Part shown: one piece after another, positions 40,052 through 51,483 of the stretch
Layout: the number at the start of each line of letters is the position of its first letter
How positions within the stretch are numbered: position 1 is the stretch's first letter
NCBI GenBank assembly: GCA_030591685.1
Contig: JAUVAX010000001.1
Coordinates: 92,873-156,872, forward strand
DNA length: 64,000 nucleotides
DNA from: Pseudobdellovibrionaceae bacterium
GTDB lineage: Bacteria; Bdellovibrionota; Bdellovibrionia; Bdellovibrionales; UBA1609
Direction of reading: 5' to 3'
The notes under the pieces: model-generated
The model's input: only the letters and a program-made list of their open reading frames with translations
What the model was told of the DNA's origin: nothing
Database searches by the model: none
Program-made: the position numbers and the translations under genes

Positions 40052-40849
40052 TTGCACCCAATAATACACATCTCTGACTCTATTCAATTACCCACTTATC
40101 TTTTAATCATAAGCCTTGTGTACATAGTGTGCACTTATGCTCTGGTTAAAAGAGTACAGCATTTAAATTTAAATAAAAATGATGGGCTCGACATCGCGCT
40201 CGCTTTAATGGTGGGGGGTCTTATCGGCGCCCGGCTTATGCATGTGTTCTATGAGTCCCCTGCTTACTACCAAGGCTCCCCTCTAGAGGTCTTTAAAGTC
40301 TGGAAGGGCGGGTTTGTTTTTTACGGAGGGGCTATTGGGTCCTTTGCCTCATGCCTGGCAGTCATCAAGATTAAAAAATTAAGTTATCGCCAGTGGGCCG
40401 ATGTATTTGCCCCCTTGGCCGCCATTGGATATGCCTTTGGCCGACTGGGGTGTTTTTTTAACGGGTGTTGTTTTGGGCGGTTATGTGACCTGCCTTGGGC
40501 TGTTGAACTCCCAAACTTCCCAGGGGCCAGACACCCCACTCAAATTTATGCTTTTTTATTTGAAGTCTGTATATTTGCGGCCCTCATTTACTTTGACAAA
40601 ACAAGGGACAAAAAAAATACGGCCCTTCACTTGTGGATGAGGCCAAAAGGACAACTCTTTCATTTTTGGCTCGTTTTTCATAGTTTAAATCGACTGCTTA
40701 TGGAGAGTTTCAGGGCTGACTATAGGGGGGCATTTATTTTTAACCTCTCCATATCAACATGGATTAGTTTAATAATATTACTTACAGCCGGACACTTTTT
40801 ATTTCATGACGGACGAAGGGCTAAGCCTAGCCCCACTAAAAAATGTTAA
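40052..40849 (+). CDS. lgt: Prolipoprotein diacylglyceryl transferase
   Basis: GARL, GG.VFYGG, GRLGCFFNGCC.G, HPTQIY. Confidence 0.92.
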   Translation: MHPIIHISDSIQLPTYLLIISLVYIVCTYALVKRVQHLNLNKNDGLDIALALMVGGLIGARLMHVFYESPAYYQGSPLEVFKVWKGGFVFYGGAIGSFASCLAVIKIKKLSYRQWADVFAPLAAIGYAFGRLGCFFNGCCFGRLCDLPWAVELPNFPGARHPTQIYAFLFEVCIFAALIYFDKTRDKKNTALHLWMRPKGQLFHFWLVFHSLNRLLMESFRADYRGAFIFNLSISTWISLIILLTAGHFLFHDGRRAKPSPTKKC

Positions 40850-40928
40850 AAATTAGTCCCATCAACTTTTATATATTTATACCCAGATGTGAGGTAATAT
40901 TTACCTTTTAACTTAAGGGGGCTTTAAC

Positions 40929-41960
40929 GTGACAAAGACCATTCTAATATTTATTTTTTTAATACCCGGAGCAGTTATGGCAAAGAAACCTTGGCAAAAT
41001 AAAACCTGGACAGATGAAAGCATTAAAAATATATTAACCCCATTACAGTATAAGGTGACCCAAAAAGAGGGGACTGAAAAACCTTTTAAAAATAAATATT
41101 GGGATAATAAAAAACAGGGTATCTATGTAGACATAGTTTCAGGTGAACCCTTGTTTTTATCAAATGATAAGTTTAAATCAGGCACCGGTTGGCCGAGCTT
41201 TACTAAACCCCTTGTGCAAGAGAATATGATTTTCAAGCAAGACAAGGGGCTATTTTCTGTTCGCACAGAGGTTCGTAGCAAGCATGCTAACTCTCATCTC
41301 GGGCATGTTTTTGATGATGGCCCTGCCCCTTCGGGCAAAAGGTACTGTGTTAATTCAGCCTCTTTAAAGTTTATCCCCGCCGGTGAGCTTGAAAAAAATG
41401 GATACGGAGCGTTTTCAAAGCACTTTGAAGACGCTTCTAGTGCCGAATTAGCCACCTTTGCTGGTGGGTGTTTTTGGTGCATGGAGCCCCCATTTGAGGG
41501 GCTTGACGGCGTCTATAGTGTGATCTCAGGGTATATGGGCGGCACAAAAAAAAAACCCACCTATAAACAAGTATCAGCAGGGCTTACCAAATACGCCGAG
41601 GTCGTACAGGTTAAATTTAACCCCAAAAAAATCACCTATAATGAGTTAATTGAAATTTTTTGGCAAAATATCGACCCTACAACTAAAGACGCACAGTTTG
41701 TCGACAAAGGCTCACAGTACCGTACAGCTATATTTACCCATAGTGACACTCAAAGTACCATTGCCCTTAAGTCTAAAAGTGAACTCAACTCTTCAAAAAA
41801 ATTCAATAAGTCCATTGTTACTGAGATTACAAAAGCCACCCAATTTTACCCCGCAGAAGACTACCACCAGGACTATTACAAAAAAAAACCCATACGCTAT
41901 AAGTTTTATAGGTTTAATTCAGGTCGTGACACATTTTTAAATAAATTTTGGAAAAAATAA
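40929..41960 (+). CDS. msrAB: Exported MsrB-MsrA fusion methionine sulfoxide reductase
   Basis: Signal peptide; MsrB GTGWPSF, HLGHVF.DGP, RYCVNS; Msr[16 protein letters not shown]. Confidence 0.93.
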   Translation: MTKTILIFIFLIPGAVMAKKPWQNKTWTDESIKNILTPLQYKVTQKEGTEKPFKNKYWDNKKQGIYVDIVSGEPLFLSNDKFKSGTGWPSFTKPLVQENMIFKQDKGLFSVRTEVRSKHANSHLGHVFDDGPAPSGKRYCVNSASLKFIPAGELEKNGYGAFSKHFEDASSAELATFAGGCFWCMEPPFEGLDGVYSVISGYMGGTKKKPTYKQVSAGLTKYAEVVQVKFNPKKITYNELIEIFWQNIDPTTKDAQFVDKGSQYRTAIFTHSDTQSTIALKSKSELNSSKKFNKSIVTEITKATQFYPAEDYHQDYYKKKPIRYKFYRFNSGRDTFLNKFWKK

Positions 41961-42060
41961 TTTAATACTGAGCTACGAGATGAACGCTAGGACCACCACT
42001 GACAGAGTATCCATTAGGTAATAGCTCACCAAAACTATCCGTTAAATGAGCTCTAGAGGC

Positions 42061-43935
42061 TCATTTAATACCGTTTTGGTCCCAAAGGGTAATGAGCTCT
42101 TGTTCATCTAGGGTTTCTTTTTTAATCAACTCTTTGACAGCGGCCTCTATAAATACTTTATTTTTGTTAATCAGCTCTGTTGTTTTTTCGCGGCACCGTT
42201 CAAGTATTTGACTGACTTCTTTATCAATAATTTGGCTGGTCAACTCACTCATTGAAGACTTTTGCTCAAAAGGATAGTTTGAATTTAAAAACTGTTGTCC
42301 TCTTTGCTCGTAGGTAGGAAGCCCCAGTTCATCGCTCATTGAGTATTGAGTGACCATGGCTCTTGCTATGTCTGTTGCTTTATTAAGGTCATCACTGGCG
42401 CCGGTAGAAACATCATGAAAAAACGTTTGCTCACTGACTCGGCCCCCAAGTAAAACTTCTATTTTTTCCTCTAACTGAGTCTTAGTGTGTAAGTACCTAT
42501 CTTCAGTGGGGCGCTGAAGTGTATACCCTAAGGCACCAACACCTCGTGGGATAATACTTACCTTTTGAACACGGTCCTGACACTTGAGCGCTAAGGCGGC
42601 GGTCACATGTCCCATTTCATGATAAGCCACTCGGCGCTTTTCCTCGGGGTTTATAATGCGGTTTTTTCTCTCTAATCCGGCAACAATTCTCTCAATTGCA
42701 GAGGTGAAGTCTTTTTCAGTGACATGCTTACCCTTTCTCCGGGTGGCCACAAGGGCGGCCTCATTAACAAGGTTCTCTATGTCAGCCCCTGAAAACCCAG
42801 GCGTAAGTGCGGCAACATTTTTTAATAAAATATTCGGATCTAAGGTTATTTTTTTGCAATGTATTTTTAGTATGGCCACTCGACCCGTAATATCTGGTTT
42901 ATCTATTAATACTTGTCTATCAAAGCGACCACTACGCAAAAGCGCTGGATCTAAAACCTCTGGCCTGTTTGTGGCTGCAAGCAGTATAACTCCGCCCTTA
43001 GAGTCAAAACCATCTAACTCAGCAAGAAGTTGGTTTAAGGTTTGCTCTTTTTCATCATTACCCCCTGAACCACTAAAGCCACCCATTCTAGCCTTACCGA
43101 GAGCATCTAACTCATCTATAAATATAATACATGGGGAGTTTTCGCGGGCCTGTTCAAAAAGGTCTCTCACCCTAGCGGCTCCCATGCCGACAAACATTTC
43201 TACAAACTCTGACCCGTTGATATAGTAAAACGGAACGTTAGCCTCGCCAGCAACCGCACGAGCCATTAATGTCTTACCTGTACCTGGAGGGCCAACAAGA
43301 AGAACCCCCCTCGGGGCCCGACCTCCTAATTTACCAAACTCACTAGGGTCCTTTAAGAACCCTACAATTTCCTTTAACTCCTCCTTTGCCTCTTCTACAC
43401 CGGCAATATCGGCAAAGGTGGTGGCTATGCCCTTTTCTACATAAACCCTTGCTTTAGATTTAGTCATAGAAAGAAGCCCACCCCCTGCGGAGCCCATCCC
43501 ACGCTTCAGAACAAAGTTCCAGAACAACAAAATCATAGCAATTGGGAACACCCAAGACATTAGAGAGCCTATCAAAGTACTTTTAGGAGCACCCTTAATG
43601 TTGACGCCTTTTAAGTAAAGTTTCTTAGTGAGCTCATCGTCTTTAACGGGCACTGTAGTGATAACGTTCACCTTGTCGGGGCCCTGGTCCTTTAATTCTG
43701 CTCGAATTTTGTTTTCTGAAACAAGGACTTCTTTAACCTGGTCTCCGTTAAGGTAGTCTAAAAATTCTGTATAACTGACATTTCTGCCTTTGGGTGCATA
43801 AAAATACTGTGCTGCTAATAACACCACCCAAATAACAGCAAAATAATGAAAATAGCCCCATTTTTGTGGTTTGGGGCCTAAGTATTTTTCTGTCTTTTTG
43901 CTCTTTTTAGCTTTATCTTTTATTGCAGGTGCCAT
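42061..43935 (-). CDS. ftsH: ATP-dependent zinc metalloprotease FtsH
   Basis: Two TMs, [39 protein letters not shown]. Confidence 0.95.
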   Translation of the reverse strand: MAPAIKDKAKKSKKTEKYLGPKPQKWGYFHYFAVIWVVLLAAQYFYAPKGRNVSYTEFLDYLNGDQVKEVLVSENKIRAELKDQGPDKVNVITTVPVKDDELTKKLYLKGVNIKGAPKSTLIGSLMSWVFPIAMILLFWNFVLKRGMGSAGGGLLSMTKSKARVYVEKGIATTFADIAGVEEAKEELKEIVGFLKDPSEFGKLGGRAPRGVLLVGPPGTGKTLMARAVAGEANVPFYYINGSEFVEMFVGMGAARVRDLFEQARENSPCIIFIDELDALGKARMGGFSGSGGNDEKEQTLNQLLAELDGFDSKGGVILLAATNRPEVLDPALLRSGRFDRQVLIDKPDITGRVAILKIHCKKITLDPNILLKNVAALTPGFSGADIENLVNEAALVATRRKGKHVTEKDFTSAIERIVAGLERKNRIINPEEKRRVAYHEMGHVTAALALKCQDRVQKVSIIPRGVGALGYTLQRPTEDRYLHTKTQLEEKIEVLLGGRVSEQTFFHDVSTGASDDLNKATDIARAMVTQYSMSDELGLPTYEQRGQQFLNSNYPFEQKSSMSELTSQIIDKEVSQILERCREKTTELINKNKVFIEAAVKELIKKETLDEQELITLWDQNGIK

Positions 43936-44244
43936 TAATTTACTTCCCTTTAGATTAACTCTACCCCTGACTCTAGTAACAAAAAACTAGAAAGTTAATT
44001 GTTTTGTGAATTTTAAAAATTTTACCCAGTATTTTAGTTACAACTGTAAATATTAGACCTGCTCAACGCGACATAATAACAGAGCATCCCCTCTTTGAAA
44101 AATTATAGGGATCTCATATAAAAATCCTATAAAAAACTCCATCAAAGTCATCACGGCTTATTAAGTGATTAAAATCATATCAAACTGATCTGTTTTAATT
44201 TTACTAAGGATTAATTTAAATAGAGTCTTTAATTAATCATTACA

Positions 44245-45114
44245 TTAGGATTTTTGAAAAAAGCCTAACGAAGCTGAGATATAAAATTTACCGGCACTTG
44301 TAATGATCGGGATAATAATAGAGGGCCCCGAGCCAAGCGAATTAACAAGAGTTGATGTTCTGTTACAGCTCATGGGGATTAAACTATCCAATTTACAACC
44401 TAAACCCATAAACTCAGTACGCACCTGTCCATAAATCATATTTATGATTTCAACATGCATATCTTTAATGTCAGGAGTGAGCTCAGTAAAATGCTCCTCA
44501 AATAAATGTTCTGCCATATTGAAAAAAGTCTGTTTAGGAAAGCTCACACTAAAAAAACCAGTAAAGCTCTCCGTTTTTATAGGGGTATATGCTGTTGAAA
44601 AGGGCTCAAAAGGGAGCTCCTTTTTATAAGGTAAAGGTATTAACGAACTTACATTACTTGCATACCCCATTGTCGTGATCACACTCACAGAGGACTTTAC
44701 AAACATACTTATTAATTCAGCATCTAGGGATATTTTTCTAAATCTATCTGCATCAGGATGAAGGTAGTGGTGAATTTTCTCTGCAATTGAATCCTGATTT
44801 AAACTGATATCTATAACATGTATGTTTTTATAATCTCTAAATGTAACAAGCGCCTCTTCTATAGCCCTAGTTAGTAATATAAGTGGCGTTTGCCGATTCA
44901 TTTGACTTTTCTTAAGGGCCTCTACAATACTGGTAGTACTATCCTCATGGGTGTCATAAAACTTGCAAATACCATTAAACTCTTGCACGTCAGTGACCTT
45001 AAGACCCTCTGAAGATCCTTTGGCTAAATGGACAGAGTAGTTTTTTTGTAATTTCTCACAAAAAAGCTCAGACATATCATGCGATGATTCTTGAATAAAA
45101 AGTAACTTTTCCAT
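44245..45114 (-). CDS. Degenerate receiver domain + CheX-like phosphatase domain
   Basis: Receiver-like N-half without canonical DD/D; C-half with G.FSVSFP and EIINMIYG (E-x-x-N). Confidence 0.7.
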   Translation of the reverse strand: MEKLLFIQESSHDMSELFCEKLQKNYSVHLAKGSSEGLKVTDVQEFNGICKFYDTHEDSTTSIVEALKKSQMNRQTPLILLTRAIEEALVTFRDYKNIHVIDISLNQDSIAEKIHHYLHPDADRFRKISLDAELISMFVKSSVSVITTMGYASNVSSLIPLPYKKELPFEPFSTAYTPIKTESFTGFFSVSFPKQTFFNMAEHLFEEHFTELTPDIKDMHVEIINMIYGQVRTEFMGLGCKLDSLIPMSCNRTSTLVNSLGSGPSIIIPIITSAGKFYISASLGFFQKS

Positions 45115-45601
45115 CTAGTTAGAATAACATTTTTTTCAGTTAACAAATAAAAAACTAAGTTAACGTTTACCTTTTTTTACCAATGCACACTGATATCAAT
45201 AACATAGCACGTGCTGTTGATTAAATTACCTGTTTCAAGTCGGGAGAAGTATAATTATGAAACAACTCATTCCCAATTTTAAACAAAACTCAACTTCTTA
45301 AAATCTCGACTTGGACCAGTTAGTGCTTGAAAAAGAAACAGCTTCAACCCCATTAAACCTTCAAAAAATGACTAAATGTAGTTAGTTAGCCCATTTACTG
45401 TGGTTTTTTTTCATTTAATGTATAAGTCATTAATAAATGACTCTATAAATATTACATAGTCATTTTATGAAACTCACAAATTATAATCTGTATGCTATAG
45501 ATTTTTTATTAGGCGACCCCTTGTGGCTTTATTATCTCTCTTTGCTCAAATAAAGCCACATAAGTATAGCTGGGGTCAAAACACACAACAGGGGGGAATT
45601 C

Positions 45602-46075
45602 ATGAACAAATCACTAATGACAGTAATAATGGTTACAACCTTTATGTTTACCGTAGCCAATGCCGCTGAAGAGAACTTTAACTTATCTTGTACTGAGGGT
45701 GAATACTCAGCAAGCCTAGTTAATATTTACAAAGAGGGGATTAATAAAAAAGAACGTGGCCGTATTTACTATGGCAATACTGTCGCTGAAATTTCGTGCC
45801 CAAAGTATGTATTTTATGGTTTAGAGAAGGGTTATGGTTTTGTGTGTGCCGGGGTATGGGATTATGATTTAAAGTGGGATGATGAAAAAAACAAACCCTC
45901 AAAAACACGAATTGACACTGTCGTTATTGTAAATATTTATAAAGACAAATCAAACACTAGTAATGTTACAGGGTGGAAGGCTAAATTTACTGGACCTATA
46001 ATGTATGGCAAAACAGAACTCATACTCGACTGTGTATTGACCGCTAAATTGAACACTGTACCTGTTGCTAAATAA
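45602..46075 (+). CDS. Hypothetical secreted protein
   Basis: GGGGGA RBS, signal peptide ending ANA, four Cys. Confidence 0.65.
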   Translation: MNKSLMTVIMVTTFMFTVANAAEENFNLSCTEGEYSASLVNIYKEGINKKERGRIYYGNTVAEISCPKYVFYGLEKGYGFVCAGVWDYDLKWDDEKNKPSKTRIDTVVIVNIYKDKSNTSNVTGWKAKFTGPIMYGKTELILDCVLTAKLNTVPVAK

Positions 46076-46110
46076 TTTTATAAGTTTTTAATAAAACCTA
46101 ACTATTCACT

Positions 46111-46138
46111 TATCTCTGTCGCAATAGTAACAGAGATA
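46111..46138. terminator. Stem-loop between convergent genes
   Basis: TATCTCTGT...ACAGAGATA 9-bp stem. Confidence 0.45.
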
Positions 46139-46233
46139 TCGACACTCTAGGGCCATACAGTCAATATTTGACTTTATTCATTTTTTTTAAAAGGCTGCTA
46201 GTCAATATTTTTTTAAGGCAACAACTCTTGTAC

Positions 46234-47343
46234 TTAAAAATTACTAAATAATTGCATTTTATTATTAAAAACTATGTCCTCAGGGTAAGAGTTACGACTC
46301 CCGTACTCAATACCCGCATAAGATGAGTGCAAATAACCCACTAACTGCCACCCTTTAAATAAACTACGCCGCTTAAAGAGTTTCACGTCTATATCTCCTA
46401 AAAGAGCCTCGTAATCATGGAACACCTCACCATTTGGGGTCATAAACTGTAAATCCATAAATTTAGATTTTGGAGCAAAAGCTGAAATTACAATTTTGTG
46501 TTTTCCGTTTCGACTAACGCCCTTTATTTCCCACTTTCCATAATTTATATCTACAGATACAAAATCTAAATCATTGGGGCGAAATTTATACTCTTTACCC
46601 TTATACTTTAAGCCTATACATACCCCCTCATAAAAGCTCGGTATGCCGAATATATCTGGCCTACCCCCTCCGATTACAAGGGCTGTGTCAGGTGAATCAT
46701 CAAACTTATTTGAAACAATCCATGTCCACCACTCAGGAAAGCTCTTGCCCCAGTTGCGGTCCTGATAACAGGGGGCATTTTTAAAGGTATTTACTTTTCC
46801 ATCTACAATAATTTGTCCTGAGCAACGAGCATCAGCCTGCACAGGGTACCACTCAATGTTGGTAATGTTTCGACCTAACATCCACCCCTCTGCATTAAAA
46901 CTCCATCTTTTTTTAATATGAATATCCCAAGAATACTCACCATGAGGCTCTAAAAGAGCCCCTGTAATCCTCTCGTCCGTTGCCTGACCTGAGGGGAGTG
47001 AAACTAGTGTTTCATCATAGCTCGAAGCAAATTGATCTACACGGTATGTGCCTTCTAATATTCGAAGTTTTTTAAAATCACCCAACCCCACATAAGAGCG
47101 TGATGAAATATTTTTATGTTCTATATCCCAAGGGTTAACTACCCCATAAACAAAGTAATAGGCCTGCTTAGTTTCAGGTATAATTACCTTATAATACCAC
47201 CATTCGTACCAAGGCTTAGAGTTCACTTTACCATTTTTACTTTCAATATTTTTGCGATTCCACATATAGGCATTAAAATCTGGACTCGCAACGCCAGAAC
47301 TAGATAATAAAATAAAACTAATAACTAAAAGTACCGTCTTCAT
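46234..47343 (-). CDS. Tocopherol cyclase-like protein with signal peptide
   Basis: YEWWYYKV, YQDRNWGKSFPEWWTW, GGG motif typical of the tocopherol cyclase family. Confidence 0.7.
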   Translation of the reverse strand: MKTVLLVISFILLSSSGVASPDFNAYMWNRKNIESKNGKVNSKPWYEWWYYKVIIPETKQAYYFVYGVVNPWDIEHKNISSRSYVGLGDFKKLRILEGTYRVDQFASSYDETLVSLPSGQATDERITGALLEPHGEYSWDIHIKKRWSFNAEGWMLGRNITNIEWYPVQADARCSGQIIVDGKVNTFKNAPCYQDRNWGKSFPEWWTWIVSNKFDDSPDTALVIGGGRPDIFGIPSFYEGVCIGLKYKGKEYKFRPNDLDFVSVDINYGKWEIKGVSRNGKHKIVISAFAPKSKFMDLQFMTPNGEVFHDYEALLGDIDVKLFKRRSLFKGWQLVGYLHSSYAGIEYGSRNSYPEDIVFNNKMQLFSNF

Positions 47344-47443
47344 ATCCCCTCACTCCCCTTTATTTAACTAACCCTAATTACAGATACACCTTTTTAGTAT
47401 CAATAAAATATTTCTCAAGCTGAAACCCCATAATATATTCTGC

Positions 47444-48745
47444 TTAATTCATTTTCGGGGTTAGTCTACTCATTTTATCCTGTACCGAATCAATAAGAGC
47501 CTTCTCAAATTCGACATTGCTCTTATAAACATACCCCATTGTACTTTGCCAGTACTTGGCCTCTTCCATGCAAAGGTAAAAAAATACTTTTTTGTGCCAT
47601 GGCTTAAATGAATCAAACCCCAGTTTAAACATTTGATTCTTAATCTCTGAAGGGTAGGTCATCTTACCCTCCGGGTTTGCCACCATTGGCATTTGTAGTA
47701 TTTTGCTTTTAATGCTGTAGCCTCTGATTTTTTTTATTATTGGTTTTGGGTACGTTAATGCACCAAAAGACACCATGCCCACCTCACTTGAGGAAAACTG
47801 GTCTAGAACTTGCTGAATAATATTTTTATAACTCTTCTCCCATCCTACAAAATGAACCATAGGATGAAAATGAAAACCAACAATGACACCCTTGTCAGCT
47901 AATTTACGGGCCGCACCGATTCGCTCTGAAAAGCTTGCTGTTAAATGCTCCTCATTTAGGATCACCTCATCAGGGTTAAGGGACCATGTGCAAAATATAT
48001 TTTTTGGCACTTCAGTTTTTAAAAAATGTTTTATATTTTTAGACTTCGTTTTAAACTCAACAATAGCATTCGGCCATTTCTTTGAAAATTCAAACATATC
48101 GCTAAGAACACCGTTTGTATTACCCCACATCAATGCATCTGAAGACTGGCCCGTACCAATGTGGTATTTTTTTTGAGGGTCAAGTTTGATATTATTTAAT
48201 TTTTCTTTAAAGTTATCATCAAACTGCACTTTACCGTGCTTGTACATAGTTTGAATACTGCAATAACTACAGCCAAAACCACAGTTTTTAACGGCATCAA
48301 TAGTTTTTAAATTACAACATATGGTCTTTTCAGACTGCACAGGGCATTCGCCATAAATTTTGTTTTCTGAATTTTCTTTTGTAATTTCAATTCTTGAAGT
48401 ATTCAGGTCTTTTGGTTTTAGTGGAGGGACGTTTGTTTTAAAAATAACCCCTCTTTTTTTAAAATCATTCAAAAGAGTGTCTAGATTTTTAAAAGCCAGC
48501 TTCTTAAACTCGCGACCCTTTAGGTTAGACTCGGACCGCCAACCGTCCCAGTAACTTATAAAACTCTTCTCCTCCCACATATTAAAATCTAAAACAGACT
48601 CCACTGTTTTTTTTAATTCCTGAAGAGTAAATAAATTATCTAAGGCTAGTTTTTGAACCTGCTCTTGGCTCTTAGGGTCAAGGGCATGAAAGGGTGTTTG
48701 AACCCTTATTTTATTAAATTTACTTGATATATAAATCTTATTCAT
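47444..48745 (-). CDS. Spore photoproduct lyase-like radical SAM protein
   Basis: CGFGCSYC, EFKTKS, WSLNP, E..TAS..ERI.AA, GFHFHP, YLCME. Confidence 0.8.
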   Translation of the reverse strand: MNKIYISSKFNKIRVQTPFHALDPKSQEQVQKLALDNLFTLQELKKTVESVLDFNMWEEKSFISYWDGWRSESNLKGREFKKLAFKNLDTLLNDFKKRGVIFKTNVPPLKPKDLNTSRIEITKENSENKIYGECPVQSEKTICCNLKTIDAVKNCGFGCSYCSIQTMYKHGKVQFDDNFKEKLNNIKLDPQKKYHIGTGQSSDALMWGNTNGVLSDMFEFSKKWPNAIVEFKTKSKNIKHFLKTEVPKNIFCTWSLNPDEVILNEEHLTASFSERIGAARKLADKGVIVGFHFHPMVHFVGWEKSYKNIIQQVLDQFSSSEVGMVSFGALTYPKPIIKKIRGYSIKSKILQMPMVANPEGKMTYPSEIKNQMFKLGFDSFKPWHKKVFFYLCMEEAKYWQSTMGYVYKSNVEFEKALIDSVQDKMSRLTPKMN

Positions 48746-48899
48746 AGTTTACCTAGGGATAAAACAGCAACCTATCTAAAATAGCCTTAATTCGCAATCT
48801 AGATTGATTTTATTTAAAGGGACCCCCTCAAACTTATGTAAGCTTTTGTTATTAGATGGTTTTATTGATTTTACTAGTGTCAAATTCGACGCTTGGGGC

Positions 48900-49523
48900 T
48901 TAGTTTCTACTGTTATTGTCCTCAAAAAAATCAAAATCAATTGAAATGGCTGTTGCCAGCAGCACGGCTCGTTGATTGTCCGTCCATGCGCCCTGTCCGT
49001 AATCCAGCAAAAAACAGTCTGCATCTGTGAAAACTTCCTTAAGCACCCCTCCCCATTTTTTACTAATAGCGCCTTGAACTTTGCCGGAGCGATCAATGAT
49101 AGGAAAGGTCCATATTTTCCAAAATGGGCTTTTTACAGTCGCAAACACTCGGCCGTACTCATCACAAAGGTCATATTTTTTATTTAAAATTCCAAATCGA
49201 CGGCGTACAGCGCCGACCCTTACCCCTTCATTTGTTTCAATAAACATATTCGAAAAAAAGAAAAAGAATTTTCTTGAAAGATGAAGTACAGATTTTTTAC
49301 TCTCATTAAAAATATCAACACTAAACGGTCGATGGCTTCTTAAAAACTGTCGCCCAAGCGTCGTCATAAGGCCCTTGTGTCTTTCGGCCACAAACCCTAT
49401 TTCATTTTTATTTATATCCATAAGTTTATAACGATTAGCTGTTTCCCAGTTAATTATTATCTCTCCCCACTCTTTTACCTGCTGGATCATAATTTGTTGT
49501 GACTTATTAACTAATTGATTCAT
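48900..49523 (-). CDS. Phospholipid scramblase/LURP-one family protein
   Basis: ETANRY, RPF, ISKKWGG..KEVFTDAD.F, RAVLLA..ISIDFDFFE. Confidence 0.85.
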   Translation of the reverse strand: MNQLVNKSQQIMIQQVKEWGEIIINWETANRYKLMDINKNEIGFVAERHKGLMTTLGRQFLRSHRPFSVDIFNESKKSVLHLSRKFFFFFSNMFIETNEGVRVGAVRRRFGILNKKYDLCDEYGRVFATVKSPFWKIWTFPIIDRSGKVQGAISKKWGGVLKEVFTDADCFLLDYGQGAWTDNQRAVLLATAISIDFDFFEDNNSRN

Positions 49524-49592
49524 TATCTAAAACTCCTAAAGAATTTAATTTAAATGCCTTTGATGGCTCTGTTAAATTTGTACTATATCGAC

Positions 49593-50324
49593 TCACTCAT
49601 TGGTAGGCAATGGGTGAGCGCTTTTAATTTTAAAAAATTGATTAATCCACTGACCAATTATATCCTCATCCGTATCAACGTTTAAAGAGTTTACACCCTC
49701 ACGGTATGTGAGCTCTCCGAGCGACTCAACTCGCCCCTTCATTCGCATAAGTGAGTAGTCCTTTGTAAACTCTGGATGCCCTTGCATTGATAGTATATGA
49801 TCATCTATAGAATACATTTGATAGGGGCAGTAATCGCTGCACGCTAGAAGTTCTGCTCCTGATGGCAACTTAAGGACTTGATCCTGGTGAGAGTACAATA
49901 ACTTATAGCTTTTAACCTCTGGGTTCATCCAGATTTGAGTTTTTTTTATAATGGCCGATCGAACTCCAACGCCCCAGCCTTCGGCAGCTTTATTAGCAGC
50001 ACCGCCTAAACTCTGTGCAATCATTTGGTGGCCAAAACAAATCCCTAACTGCTTCACCTTTAACTTAGAAGCTTCAATAATAAACTTTGTTAACCAGTGA
50101 ATCCACGGCTCATCGTCATAAACTGACCTCGGTGACCCTGTAATTATCCACCCATCACACTCGGTGGCAGACAAAGGGTACTCACCCTGGGCTACTAAAA
50201 ATGGCGTGATTTGAGCCTCTGGCATAATTTTATTTAAATAATTTAAGCACATGGGTTGGTAGTGCCGTTGATAGCTATCAGGCGACCTATCATAGTGATA
50301 AACATTTAAAAGGCCGAGGTTCAT
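49593..50324 (-). CDS. Class I glutamine amidotransferase-like hydrolase
   Basis: ITGS, GICFGHQ nucleophile elbow, HQD, QGHPE. Confidence 0.88.
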   Translation of the reverse strand: MNLGLLNVYHYDRSPDSYQRHYQPMCLNYLNKIMPEAQITPFLVAQGEYPLSATECDGWIITGSPRSVYDDEPWIHWLTKFIIEASKLKVKQLGICFGHQMIAQSLGGAANKAAEGWGVGVRSAIIKKTQIWMNPEVKSYKLLYSHQDQVLKLPSGAELLACSDYCPYQMYSIDDHILSMQGHPEFTKDYSLMRMKGRVESLGELTYREGVNSLNVDTDEDIIGQWINQFFKIKSAHPLPTNE

Positions 50325-51475
50325 TTAAAAACCCTTTTAAAGGTCTTTAAAAATTGCTCTTCAGTGACCGGTACCATATTTGTTTGATGGCAGGGGTCTT
50401 TGAAGGCTTTTTGAGACAAGGGGCCTAATTGGTCCTCACTGACTCCATGGTTTTTTAAACCAAACTGAAGGCCTAAGGACTTAAAAAAGCTCGAGCACTG
50501 GAGCGCGAGAGTGTCCTGATTATATCCGTATTCATTAAAAATATATTTTACTCTTTGAATTTGCTTTAATTGACCTGAGTTTAATTGGCTGCTTTCAATA
50601 AACTCTATACAACCGGGCAAGCAAAGAGCATTGGCTAAACCATGGTGCATTCCGCACTCAGTAGATAAGGGGTGGGCCATTGAATGAATCATACCTAAAC
50701 CCTTTTGAAAGGCCGTCGCCCCCATGGTGGCTGCAATAAGCATTTTAGCTCTTGCCTGAACATTCGCCCCGTCTTTATATACCTTTGGCAGCTCAGAGAG
50801 AACTATACGCAAGCCCTCTAAAGCAATACCATCTGCCATTGGGTGAAACCCCGGGGCCATAAAAGCCTCTAAGTTATGTGTCAATGCATCTAACCCTGTT
50901 GCCACCGTTAAGTCGGGAGGAAGACCGATAGTAAAAGAAGGGTCTAAGACTGCAATTTTAGGCAACATATCAGGATGAAAAAAAATTGTTTTTGTATTTG
51001 TAGAGGCCAGTGTGACCACCCCACTTCGACCCACCTCTGACCCCGTCCCTGCTGTTGTTGGGATAGCGTACAACGGGGGCATATCGTTAACGATCAGTCG
51101 ATCTCCACCGAGAGCGTCATCATAGGGCTCTAAAGGGCCCTCATGGTTTACTCTAAGCATAATAACTTTTGCCACATCAATAGGGCTCCCCCCACCAAGG
51201 GCCACTAAGCAATCACAATCATGGTCTTTGTAAACAAGAATACCCCTCTCTACGTCCTCCTCAAGGGGGTTCGTGTGCGTCTCTGAAAAAATAGTTAACT
51301 TAAGTCCCTCTATACCAAATGGACCCTCTAATTTACTGACAAGACCCAGTTTAACAAGTGTTTTATCTGTAACTACTAAAGGCTTATGGTAACCACTCTT
51401 TTTAATAGCACTTGCTAGTGGTTGCAAACAGTCTTCACCATAAAAAATTGTTGTCGGGTAATTAAATTGCTGCAT
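50321..51475 (-). CDS. Iron-containing alcohol dehydrogenase
   Basis: GGGSPID, PTTAGTGSE, DALTH, HSMAH, HGLAN. Confidence 0.92.
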   Translation of the reverse strand: MQQFNYPTTIFYGEDCLQPLASAIKKSGYHKPLVVTDKTLVKLGLVSKLEGPFGIEGLKLTIFSETHTNPLEEDVERGILVYKDHDCDCLVALGGGSPIDVAKVIMLRVNHEGPLEPYDDALGGDRLIVNDMPPLYAIPTTAGTGSEVGRSGVVTLASTNTKTIFFHPDMLPKIAVLDPSFTIGLPPDLTVATGLDALTHNLEAFMAPGFHPMADGIALEGLRIVLSELPKVYKDGANVQARAKMLIAATMGATAFQKGLGMIHSMAHPLSTECGMHHGLANALCLPGCIEFIESSQLNSGQLKQIQRVKYIFNEYGYNQDTLALQCSSFFKSLGLQFGLKNHGVSEDQLGPLSQKAFKDPCHQTNMVPVTEEQFLKTFKRVFK

Positions 51476-51483
51476 AGGTATCC

